Source: Eledone cirrhosa (Eukaryota). Taken from it: 64,000 bases of DNA. The notes beneath the pieces were generated by a model, which was given only the letters and a program-made list of their open reading frames with translations, did not search any database and was not told the DNA's origin. The position numbers were made by a program, and so were the translations under genes. This document shows positions 43,096 to 55,094 of this stretch, piece after piece. Every line of letters starts with the position of its first letter. The stretch's first letter is position 1. The stretch spans positions 51,708,001 to 51,772,000 of the forward strand of contig OZ024747.1 in NCBI GenBank assembly GCA_964016885.1. Reading direction: 5' to 3'.

Positions 43096-43165
43096 ATATT
43101 TTATCTGACGAGGACGAACTGAAAAAAAAACACAGTACCTTCGAAATATATATAATAAAGCATAT
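43096..43165 (+). ncRNA. PLE hammerhead, sense copy in the 3' region
   Basis: CTGACGA at 43105, GAAA at 43143, palindromic stem III ATATATAT; predicted cleavage after 43154. Confidence 0.85.
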
Positions 43166-43467
43166 ATTTTGATTATGTGAATATCTTCATTTGTTAATAT
43201 TTTGAATAATATTAAAACTCCAGGAAAATTTTTCTTTTGAGTTCTTTTAATCTATTGTAAAACTGTATTCATTGAGTAATCAATGAACCATATTAACCTT
43301 TCGGTATATATATATATATATATACATACATATATATATAGGTACATATTTACACGCATACACACATACACATTTACATGCACATACACGCTATAAACCA
43401 CACAAACATGTATATGTATGTATGTATGTATATATATATACATGTACATACAAAATTATATATATAT

Positions 43468-43790
43468 GTGCAATGCCAATGTGCGTGAACCACCAAGCAT
43501 AGACGTGTTGAGAAAGAAACTGGGTATAAGAGGGATAAGTTGTGGTGTGCAGGAGAGAAGGCTGAGATGGTATGGACATGTGATGCGCGTGGAGGATGAC
43601 CGCTGGGTAAAGAAGTGCCAAGAAATCCCAGTAGAGGTAGACCACGAAAAACATGGGCGGAGGGGGTGTGAGAAAACTTCAGATCGCTGAAACACACCGA
43701 GGAGATGACGAAGGACCGTGACAAGTGCGAGAGATGCTGTGCTGAATAGGACCCGTCCAACTCTTGCAAGCAGGGAAAAACGGACGTAAA

Positions 43791-43822
<32 letters not shown>
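43468..43822 (+). mobile_element. 3' end of an RTE-like LINE with a (TGA)n tail
   Basis: LRKKLGIRGISCGVQERRLRWYGHVMRVEDDRWVKKC (RLRWxGHVxR motif), short UTR, then (TGA)n. Confidence 0.85.
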
Positions 43823-43823
<1 letters not shown>

Positions 43824-43841
43824 TATATATATATATATATA

Positions 43842-44837
43842 TAAATATAAATATATTACACAAAGAGAAGTGTGTTACACAGTGAGATGTGTGTAAAGAA
43901 TTATTACAAGTGAGTTTTACCGTTACTGTATAGAGAATAATATCTACAGGTTTAGCAAAATAAATAGAAAAAAACTAAGTCAGAGTCAAATCTCTGAAGT
44001 AGAGTTTTGAATTACCAACCTTATAACTATAAGTTTGCTGATACGAATCTAGTTCGTTTCACCACAGAAATGTGCAGTACAACAGCCCACAGGATCCTTA
44101 GTCAGCAAATGTGGATGCTGTTCACGACACATCTAACCTCATGGATAGAGAGAAAGCTAATATATACCCTGCCCAGAGTAGGGCGAAATCACGTGTTATC
44201 TGCATCAAATAACGGCTCTCATGGATTGGGGAAAATGCTAGAGAGAGCAGCCCAACCGTTCGCATTTATTAGCTCAACAATTTGGAGCTCGTTAAGTATA
44301 CGGGGATCGGAATTAAGAGTATTCCGCAGTTCACAGTAATAATAATAATATTAGCTCAAAGAGGAATAGAGAATTTTCTTCTAAGCTCAAATACAAATAT
44401 AAATATATTACACAAAGAGAAGTGTGTTACTGAGGATCCTGTGGGCTGTTGTACTGCAGATTTATGTGGTGAAACGAACTAGATTCGTATCAGCAAACTT
44501 ATAGTTATAAGGTTGGTAATTTAAAACTCTACTTCAGAGATTTGATTCTGACTTAGTTTTTTTCTATTTAATTGCTAAACCTGTAGATATTGTTCTCTAT
44601 ACAGTAACGATAAAACTCACTTGTAATAATTATTTACACACATCTCACTGTGTAACACACTTCTCTTTGTGTAATATATTTATATTTGTATTTGAGCTGA
44701 GAAGAAAATTCTCTATTCCTCTTTGAGCTAACATTTGTTAATATCGTATGTTTACTCCAAATACTTGTTGAGTGCTTTATATCAGTTATAAAAATATTTG
44801 CTTGTTGTATCCCAACAATTTAAATAGAACTTTTGCA
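43842..44837 (+). mobile_element. Compound hairpin plus tail element with hammerheads (44034-44109 minus; 44430-44498 plus, lacking the stem I 5' strand)
   Basis: 43842-44100 is inverted at 44430-44687, and 44351-44430 is inverted at 44653-44730. TTTGCTGA-CTAAGGA...GAAA-CGAA(CTAGA)TTCG-TA-TCAGCAAA. Tail 44732-44830 is homologous to the reverse complement of 18853-18957. Confidence 0.82.
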
Positions 44838-45091
44838 TATATATATATATATCTATATATCTGTGTGTATGTATTTTTTCTTGCTAGTCAGTTCTTTCGT
44901 TGCTACAGATCACGCGGCTGAATTAGCGGTCGCTATCTTCAATTTGGAAAGCCCCTTAAACTGTATTTTATTACTCTTGTCGAGTGCTTGGCTGCACTGC
45001 TGAAGGTATTCGTTGGCTTAGCTGCTGCTCGAACTTCGAATATGCTGTACTTTCATTTATATATATATATATATATAATATAATATAATAT

Positions 45092-45275
45092 AATTGTTTC
45101 TACTTTTGGCACAAGGCCAGCAATTACCAGTACATTACTGGTACTTTATTTTATCGACCCCGTAAGGATGAAAGGCAAAGTTAACCTCGGCGGGATTTGA
45201 ACTCAGATCATAAAGAGACGTAACTCTATGCTTAAAAGCATGGTGTCCGACTCTCTACCGATACTGCCAATCCAC
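45092..45275 (-). mobile_element. SINE, full length
   Basis: Family consensus match. Confidence 0.9.
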
Positions 45276-45467
45276 TAATATAATATAAAAGAAAGATATT
45301 TATTGGTCTGTTGCATCACTTTGGTTGAATCACACGAAAACTACACACACACACACACAAACTACATTCACACACATCTATAAAGAGAGAGCGACACAGA
45401 GGGTGAAGCAGAAAGAGGGAGAAAGGTCGATATACAGAGTGAGATACAATTAAAGTGTTAGATATTC

Positions 45468-45573
<106 letters not shown>

Positions 45574-46097
45574 TGACGTCTCACAAAAGTATCAGTTGAA
45601 GGTTTAACAATATCGCATTAGCTTTTATAAAGTCGTTTTACAGTCTTTGGTTTTACAGAAGAAAAAAAAATTGGTACTATTTGAAATTAATTTACCCTCC
45701 ATCTTTTATCCATATACGACAGACAGTCCGTACTAACGAAGCAACACTTCAGAAGCAATGTTATTCGGTATATGGCTGAGTTTCAGATGACTTCCTTTGG
45801 AGCTGAAAAACATCATACTGACTATGGTTATTTCACAACACTTAAAATCCAAGGCCAATGCTACCATTTAATCGGCAGTTTACTCCCCCAGCTTAAGAAG
45901 GAAGTTTTATGATTGTTTTTTTTTTCATCTCTCTCACACACACACACATTACGGTCTCACCTCATACCAGACAACACATCCAATACAGTCGTTTTCTCTT
46001 TTATCCGTCTTCTCTTCACTGTTCTCCCGGGCGAAGCCGGGTACCTCAACTAGTATATATATATATATTCATATATCCACTTCTTATTCCATGGGTT

Positions 46098-46281
46098 AGC
46101 TGTATCGGTAGAGGGTTGGACGCCATACTTTCCAGCATAGAGTTATGTCCCTTTACAGTCTGAGTTTAAATCCCGCCGAGGTTAACTTTACCTTTCATCA
46201 TTAAGAGGTCGATAAAATAAAGTACCTGTAATGCACTGGGATAATTGCTGGCCTTGTGCCAAAAAGTAGAAACAATTATTA
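46098..46281 (+). mobile_element. SINE
   Basis: Family consensus match. Confidence 0.88.
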
Positions 46282-46299
46282 TTCATACTAATAACTATT

Positions 46300-46364
46300 C
46301 CGATGATGATAATGGTGAGGATGAAGATGATGATGATGATAATGATGATGATGATGACGACGAC

Positions 46365-46398
<34 letters not shown>

Positions 46399-49150
46399 TG
46401 ATGATGGTGCTGGTGGCGGTAGTGATGGTTGTAATGGTGGTGTTGATGATGAGGATGATGGCGGTGGTGGCGACTGTAGTAATGGTTGTGATGGTCGTGA
46501 TTATGGTGGTGCTGGTGGTGGTGATGATGAAGATGATGATGTTGACGAGGGTGGTAGTGAAGGTGGTGATAGCACCGTTGGATGCGCTGCTGCTGCTGGA
46601 GATGGAGTTGCTGCTGCTGCTGCTGATGTTGATGATGATGATGGAGGTAATAATTATTTACGATGGTGATGCTGAGGATTGCGGTGGTATTGATGGTGGT
46701 GCTGGTGTTAATGATAACGACGACGATGATGAATTCGATGATGATGGTGGTAATGATGGTGTCTATGGTGGTATTGATGGTGGCGATGGTGGTATTGATG
46801 GTGGTGCTGGTGTTAATGATAACGACGACGATGATGAATTCGATGATGATGGTGGTAATGATGGTGTCGATGGTGGTATTGATGGTGGCGATGGTGGTAT
46901 TGAAAGTGGCGATGGTGATGGTGACGATGGTGGTAATGATGGTGGTAATGACGGTGACGATGGTGGTATTTATGGTGACGATGCTGGTAATCATGGTGGC
47001 GATGGCGGTATTGATGGTGGCGATGGTGGTATTTATGGTGACGATGGTGGTAATGATGGTGGCGATGGTGGTATTTATGGTGACGATGCTGGTAATCATG
47101 GTGGCGATGGCGGTATTGATGGTGGCGATGGTGGTATTTATGGTGACGATGGTGGTTAATGATGGTGGCGATGGTGGTATTTATGGTGACGATGCTGGTA
47201 ATCATGGTGGCGATGGCGGTATTGATGGTGGCGATGGTGGCATTTATGGTGACGATGGTGGTAATGATGGTGGCGATGGTGGTATTGATGGGGGCGATGG
47301 TGGTATTTATGGTGGCGATGGCGGTATTGATGGTGGCGATGGTGGTATTTATGGTGACGATAGTGGTAATGATGGTGGCGATGGAGGTAAATATGGTGAC
47401 GATGGTGGTAATGATGGTGGCGATGGTTGTATTGATGTTGATGATGGTGGTAATGATGGTGGCGATGGCGGTAATGATGGTGCCGATGGTGGTATTTATG
47501 GTGACGATGGTGATATTTATGGTGACGATGGTGGTATTTATGGTGACGATGGTGGTATTGATGGTGACGATGGTGGTATTGATGGTGACGATGGTGGTAT
47601 TTATGGTGACGATGGTGGGATTTATGGTGATGATGGTGGTATGGATGGTGACGATGGTGGTATTGATGGTGGCGATGGTGGTATTTATGGTGACGATGGT
47701 GATATTTATGGTGACGATGGTGGTATTTATGGTGACAATGGTGGTATTGATGGTGGCGATGGTGGTATTGATGGTGGTGATGGTGGTATTTATGGTGACG
47801 ATGGTGGTAATGATGGTGGCGATGGTGGAATTTATGGTGATGATGGTGGTATTTATGGTGATGATGGTGGTATTTATGGTGACGATGGTGGTATTGATGG
47901 TGGCGATGGTGGTATTGATGGTGGTGATGGTGGTATTTATGGTGACGATGGTGGTAATGATGGTGGCGATGGTGGTATATATGGTGGCGATGGTGGTATT
48001 TATGGTGGCGATGGTGGTATTGATGGTGGCGATGGTGGTATTGATGGTGGCGATGGTGGTATATATGGTGATGATGGTGTTATTGATGGTGACGATGGTG
48101 GTATTTATGGTGATGATGGTGGTATTTATGGTGATGATGGTGGTATTTATGGTGACGATGGTAGTATTGATGGTGGCGAAGGTGATAATGATGGTGGCGA
48201 TGGTGGTATTGATGGTGACGATGGTGGTATTTATGGTGACGATGGTGGTATTGATCGTGGCGAAGGTGATAATGATGGTGGCGATGGTGGTATTGATGGT
48301 GACGATGGTGGTATTTATGGTGGCGATGGTGGTATTGATGGTGACGATGGTGGTAATGATGGTGGCGATGGTGGTAATGATGGTGACGATGGTGGTATAT
48401 ATGTTGATGGTGGTGGTATTGATGGTGGCGATGGTGGTATTTATTGTGACGATGGTGGTAATGATGGTGGCGATGGTGGTATTGATGGTGACGATGGTGG
48501 CGATGGTGGTATTAATGGTGACGATGGTGGTATTTATGGTGACGATGGTGGTATTGATGGTGGCGATGGTGGTATTTATGGTGGTGATGGGGGTATTTAT
48601 GGTGACGATGGTGGCGATGTTGGTATTGATGGTGACGATGGTGGTATTTATGGTGGCGATGGTGGTATTGATGGTGGCGATGGTGGTAGATATGGTGACG
48701 ATGGTGGTATATATGGTGACGATGGTGGTAATAATGGTGGCGATGGTGGTATTGATGGTGACGATGGTGGTATTTATGGTGACGATGGTGGTATTGATGG
48801 TGATGATGGTGGTATTGATGGTGATGATGGTGGTATTGATGGTGATGATGGTGGTATTGATGGTGGCGATGGTGGTATTTATGGTGATGATGGTGGTATT
48901 GATGGTGATGATGGTGGTATTGATGGTGATGATGGTGGTATTTATGGTGGCGATGGTGGTATTGATGTTGGCGATGGTGGTATTGATGGTGATGATGGTG
49001 GTATATATGGTGATGATGGTGGTATTTATGGTGACGATGGTGGTAATGATGGTGGCGATGGTGGTAATGATGGTGACGATGGTGGTATATATGGTGATGA
49101 TGGTGGTATTGATGGTGGCGATGGTGGTATATATGGTGATGATGGTGATG
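46300..49150. repeat. GAT/GGT low-complexity tract grading into a 21-bp minisatellite (GATGGTGGTATTTATGGTGAC)
   Basis: Direct inspection; the regular 21-bp period starts at about 46900. Confidence 0.93.
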
Positions 49151-49242
49151 GCAATGGTAATAATATTGTTGTTACATTTGTAATGTTGATTTTCATTTCT
49201 AAGCATATTTCTGCATTTGCATTGGGGTGTGTTTATGGATGA

Positions 49243-49342
<100 letters not shown>

Positions 49343-49453
49343 TTTGTATGTGTGTGTGTTTGTATGTGTGTGTGTTTGTGTGTGTGTTTTTATGTGTATG
49401 TTTGTGCGTGTGTGTGTGAAAACATACATGTTTTCATTGATTTTCTCTCTCAA

Positions 49454-49503
<50 letters not shown>

Positions 49504-49654
49504 GAGATAGAGAGATTGTTAGAGAGAGAGGGGGAGAGAGAGAGGGAAAGATAGAGAGAGAGAGAGAGAGAGATTTATACATATGCGCATATATTCATCT
49601 ATGTGTTTAATGGCTTATTCGCCTATAAATATCTGTCAACCATTTTAGTGTATA

Positions 49655-49710
<56 letters not shown>

Positions 49711-50219
49711 TGTGCATATGTGCGTGTGTGTGTGTACGTAAGAGTGTATGTGTGTGTGTTTGAATGTTTGTAATGTTTTAAATTTATTTTTAGAAAATTA
49801 TTTTTTGTTATTACAAGCTCTGGTATATGGGTGCATGTTTACACTCTATTCAAACATGTATGTGGTGTATTTGCACATGCACAAACATGCTTGCTTAATA
49901 TGGCTGCACGAGAAGGTATCACCTCTACACAACCATCTCCCTCTTGCTTCGTACCGTTGTTTTGAGTGTGCGTTTTAATGAAAACTGTTTGTTTTTCATT
50001 ACATAGTTGAGATTTGATTGTCTCCCTCCCTTCCCCCTCTCGCTCGCCTCACCCACCTACACATAACAAACTTTCTGGTGTCCACTACCACCAGTAGTAA
50101 CATCACCATTGCAAACGAGTTTTTTTTTTTTTTTTCAGCGCCCTCGCTGCATATTGACACACACACAGGCACGTACATATATATATATTCACATATTCAC
50201 ATATGCACACACACACACT

Positions 50220-50253
<34 letters not shown>

Positions 50254-50298
50254 CATATATATTTATACATACATACATGCATACATGCATATACATAC

Positions 50299-50359
<61 letters not shown>

Positions 50360-50367
50360 CATACATG

Positions 50368-50460
<93 letters not shown>

Positions 50461-50929
50461 GTGTGTGTGTGTGTGTATTTGTTTATTTTTACCCCCGCTG
50501 AAAGGCAGTAGCGGTGGCGTTAGCATTGTCGGTGGTTGTGTAGGGAGATTTAATGGAGAGTAATATTAATTCAATTATGGAAATGAAAAATACGAAATCA
50601 ATCTCCAGAAATGATTATATCCCTTGTGGGTTTGTTGATGCAGCGATTATTGGGCCATGCATTAACAACAGAAAAACAGCTTCTAGCCTTCTATAACAAC
50701 TACTCCTACTACTGTTGCTACCTCAGAAACGTCGGTTGTAGTTCTCCAAAGATTTGAACACATGAATCATCCGGTCAATTATTAACATCTCGTCTCAGCC
50801 GAACTTCCCGATCGTACCAGAGAAACATACTTATACCAGTTGCCTCAATATTCGTGTGTCTGGTACAATCTTCATACCAGTGACTTTTTTTATGTCAATA
50901 ACGATAGATGTTTGTCTCCCACGGTTAAT

Positions 50930-51185
50930 TCGCCTGCCTCATGTCTTGCCATGGCACTAGATTTGAGACTCTTTCTTCAGGATGTCATACGTTGTTATGT
51001 TCTAATTGCAATTATCACAGAGCTGTCTTCTCAGTTTATTTTGGCAGACCACCATAATGTTTCTCTATTGTTGGTATAGTTTTTCCAAGTCGTATGATGA
51101 ACCATTGGTATTACTGTCCTATCTCACTGCCATATAACAAGACAGATTGCGACGTTGCTAAAATGAATCTTCTTTCCCAGGGTTG
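50930..51185 (-). pseudogene. Highly decayed RTE-like RT thumb fragment
   Basis: RFILATSQSVLLYGSEI...HYGGLPK resembles the SVLLYGSExW...LYGxLP motifs of RTE-clade RTs. Confidence 0.45.
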
Positions 51186-51265
51186 TTTTCCGAATATTAA
51201 CCCAGCAAAACACGATACTGAATGAGTTACTGACTTATATATAACTGCCAGCTTGACATTTATAT

Positions 51266-52489
51266 GCGAGGGCGAGCTGAACAATTCATAGAGTGACTCT
51301 GAAGGAGTGGTGCTAGAGTTGTGAAATCTTGCGTGTATTAATTTCAAATCTTCTTACCAGGTAAACGGATATTTCACTGTTAAATGAAGACTTCAAAAGT
51401 AACTAGTAGCGACATCACATGAAAAAGGACAACATTTGGCATCGTGGGTTTACCAAGTATCTACAGAAAAGGGTTTGGCTCACAAGAACATCCATGCTGA
51501 CATGGTTGCTACATTAGAGAATGACGTTCCAGTTTTATCAACAGTGCAAAAGAGGACAGCTGAATTGAGGAGGGGGAAGGGAGATCTTGAAGATGAACCA
51601 AGGCCTGGACGATCTGCAACTGTCACCATCAAAGCAAACATTGATCGTGCTCACCACATGGTGATGAGTGACAGGCGATTGACTTTTAATCAAATAGACA
51701 ATGCTATTATAATATCCCGTAAGAGACTTGAGAATATTCTGCACAATGAACTTAGCATAATGAACGTTTCTGTTTGGAGGTTGCCACGTTACTGACAACT
51801 GATCAAATGCGCACCAGGCAGATCACATCACAGGAAAATCTGACATTTTTTGAGACAGATCTAGCTGGTTTCCTTGAAAGTTTCTTAAATCAGGAAGAGT
51901 ATTAGGTTCATCACTTAGAGCCGTAGACAGAGGGGAAATCCATACAGTAGAAACACCTTCCACATCTGCTCCAAACAAAGCAAGGTCGTTTCATCTGCAG
52001 GAGAGGTTATGGCTTCAGCATTTTGCGATTCTGTTTATTGTCTACCTTCAAAAGAGCCACCCCGTCAATGGAGAGTACTATGCAAGTTGCTGAGGCAGTT
52101 ATGAAAGACTATCAAAGAATAAACACCCATGACAACTGAAGAAAGGGGTCCGGACAACGCTCCAGCACACCAGCCCTTGGTTTCAATGGATGCTGTGCAT
52201 AACTGCGGCTTTAAACTTGTTGGTCAAGCTCCTTATCTTCCTGATTCAACCCATCTGACAATCATATGTTCCCCGGCATGAATGAGCAGTTGGCTGGGAC
52301 CCAGTCTCTCAGCGTTGGTGACTTTTTTACCAACATGAGGAATGCTTCTTCACCAATCGGATCCAGGCACTGCAACACCGACGGAAGAAGGCTGTGTACC
52401 GCAATAGGGAACTATGTTGGAAAATAAACCTCATTTAGTCACATTCAATGGGAGTATCTTAGATATTGACCAATCCAGCCGACCCTGTA
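51266..52489 (+). mobile_element. Decayed mariner (Tc1/mariner) transposon
   Basis: HTH region LEDEPRPGR...DRRLT...ILHNEL, WVPR-like WRLPR, then SAGEVMASAF, DNAPAH and PYLPD.TPSD.HMFP. About 1.2 kb with many stops and frameshifts. Confidence 0.88.
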
Positions 52490-52817
52490 GACCAATGGCT
52501 CTTACCAAATTTTACTCCAAGCCCCATTTAAATATATCAAAAACTGAAAGCCTCCTCTTTCAATATAAAATCCACGTTTGGTGTACTCAATATATATCGT
52601 ATCAAGGGAGTTTCAGTGTGACATAATTTGTGAAAAGACTGAGCCTTTGAATTAAAGATGAAACTAATCAAAGATGTAACTAATTCTACTGAAGGACACA
52701 ATACACTACAAGGTCTAGAAATCTAACTGATGACTTTACTAAATTGAGCACATTATCCATGAATAGACAGATAGATAGATACGGGGAATTATATATGAAT
52801 ATAAATGTGTATATATA

Positions 52818-52859
<42 letters not shown>

Positions 52860-52864
52860 TATAT

Positions 52865-53279
52865 ATATCACAGAAAAAAAGAGAATCAGTGTTGCGGCGA
52901 ATGGAATTTATTGGACATATTACAATCGTTTCTCTGGCGACCAGCTCGAGGCACGATCGATGTGATGATCGAACCTGACTCTGAAAATCGCAAGGTCCTC
53001 AGATAGGTCTTGATTCTACGAAGCAGATTTTCCTATATGAAATTCTGCTTCGTAGAATGAAGACGTATCTGAGGACCTTGCGAATTTGGGAGTCAGATTC
53101 GATCATCACATCGATCGTGCCTCGAGCTGGTCGCCAGAGAAACGATTGTAATATGTCCAATAAATTCCATTCGTCGCAACACTGATTCTCTTTTTTTCTG
53201 TGATATCATACTCTGCTCTATGAGAGCATCGAGTGCTTATACGGCCTATCGCATACAGACGCTTTAAGCATCCAACACC

Positions 53280-53281
<2 letters not shown>
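52865..53281 (+). mobile_element. Hairpin plus tail element, family C, with hammerheads at 52914-53009 (-) and 53062-53157 (+)
   Basis: 52865-53030 is inverted at 53039-53206; tail 53207-53281. GACGTAT-CTGAGGA-[63-nt stem II region]-GAAA-CGATTG-TA-ATATGTC. Confidence 0.88.
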
Positions 53282-53332
<51 letters not shown>

Positions 53333-53334
<2 letters not shown>

Positions 53335-53614
53335 TAGAAGGGGTATTTAATTTGTTGTAAGTCCGACAAATATAAATGTTTACTGGAGTAAATACTATCC
53401 AGTGAATTTCCAACCGATAAGGTATGATTTTCATGGGTATGTCTCTATTTATAAAACAAACTTTGTATGTTATCTGATGAAAGTGTACCAATGTGTCTTG
53501 GTACACTTATATATAATAGAATATTATATATGAAATATATATAATAGAATATAATGAAATATATATAATAGAATAAATATGCTTTTATAAATATAGTTTC
53601 CATTTATTTAATAT

Positions 53615-53621
<7 letters not shown>
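53333..53621. mobile_element. Rearranged relative of the 18850-19260 element with a disrupted hammerhead
   Basis: TAT-CTGATGA-AAGTGTACCAA..TTGGTACACTT, then a TA-rich insertion before GAAATATATATA. The end AAATATG.TTTTATAAATATAGTTTCCATTT matches 19214-19244. Confidence 0.65.
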
Positions 53622-53670
<49 letters not shown>

Positions 53671-53794
53671 ATACATATATATATATTTATATACAAGTAA
53701 ACTGAGTTATGTTGACATCAACCTAAGCAACCGAACAGTGACTTGCATGGTTGATGCCAGCTTGAAGCTTCGACAGACATCATGAGTAATACCC

Positions 53795-53834
<40 letters not shown>

Positions 53835-53989
53835 TCCCATTCACTCACTCTCTCTCTCTCCCTTACACACACACTCGCGCGCGCACACACATGCACATAC
53901 AGGCACACACACACGCACACACACACATATATATATATATATGTATATATATATTCTTTTGTAGTTATGTATATACAAAATTTAATAAG

Positions 53990-54059
<70 letters not shown>

Positions 54060-54194
54060 GGATGGATGGATGAGTATCGAGGTGCAGTGGATGATTAACG
54101 GGTTAGTGTCGATTGAAATGTCATATATACTGTATATATATATCTGTGTATATACGAGATATATATGTAGATATATATGTATATATATATGTAC

Positions 54195-54251
<57 letters not shown>

Positions 54252-55094
54252 GTTTCGTTTCTCTTTCCACATGACTAACTACTACAAATATTTTATACCT
54301 CAACATATTTCATTACACATCACTAGTTTAAAATGCATTAAAGTCATTTAATAGTCAATTATATGATATTTAATCATTCACAAATTTTATCTAACAAGCA
54401 TCATGAAGAATTGGTGAAAAAAAATCGTTCAGCTTTCTATTATATATTGATTTTATTGTATTGTATTTACTTTATTTCTTTATATTTATTTTCATTTTAT
54501 TTTCCTTTACATTTTATTTATTCCTTTATTTATTTTGAGTAGTCATATTATCAGCTCTTGTGAAGTAGCAGGGTTTTAGTCAAATGATTTCATATATTAT
54601 ATTATATTATGTTATGTTATATTATATTATATTATATTATATTATATTATATTGTATTGTTATTTTATATTTCATTATATTATGTTATATTACATTACAT
54701 TATATTGTATATTACGATATTTAATACGGGCACCCTGGGGGGATTTAAGGGTAAAACCTGTCGCTGTGGGATTTGAACTGAAAACGTGTATGTACGAAAG
54801 GAAATATATCATTTATTCCAGCGTAAAACATTATTACAAGCATGATTAATATCATTATACACAGATGATTTATAATCTCAAATGTCTGTTCTGCTGTCAT
54901 TGCTGCTGCACTGTGTCTATGTTAAACAAACTTAATGCTTAATGACCCAGGACAATCACTATCTATAGGATACACCGTCGTCAAGTTTGAACTCAGTTCT
55001 CGCAGGTACTGGGCAGTGAAGTGTGTCCCTAAGACGTAAGCCGAGGGACTGTTTAATGAATAGAAACTAATCATTATCATCGTCATCATAATCA

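Larger units (their letters stand above)
38287..43304 (+). mobile_element. Penelope-like retroelement with inverted pseudo-LTR, inserted in (TA)n
   Basis: Left arm 38287-39458 is the reverse complement of 41888-43211 (with indels). 39462-39563 is a direct copy of terminal 43202-43303. An RT plus GIY-YIG ORF lies between. Confidence 0.93.

Noticed and set aside
44166-44200. GCCC(AGAGTA)GGGC-GAAA-TCACGTG-TT, resembling hammerhead stems II and III
   Set aside because: The CUGANGA core and stem I are absent; at most a remnant.
46245-49242. Long Gly/Asp/Tyr-rich ORF (DGGIYGD)n resembling a structural protein
   Set aside because: Several frames on both strands are open simply because the 21-bp unit lacks stops. 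There is a frameshift near 47158 and no signal peptide or splice evidence. RNA-seq could overturn this.
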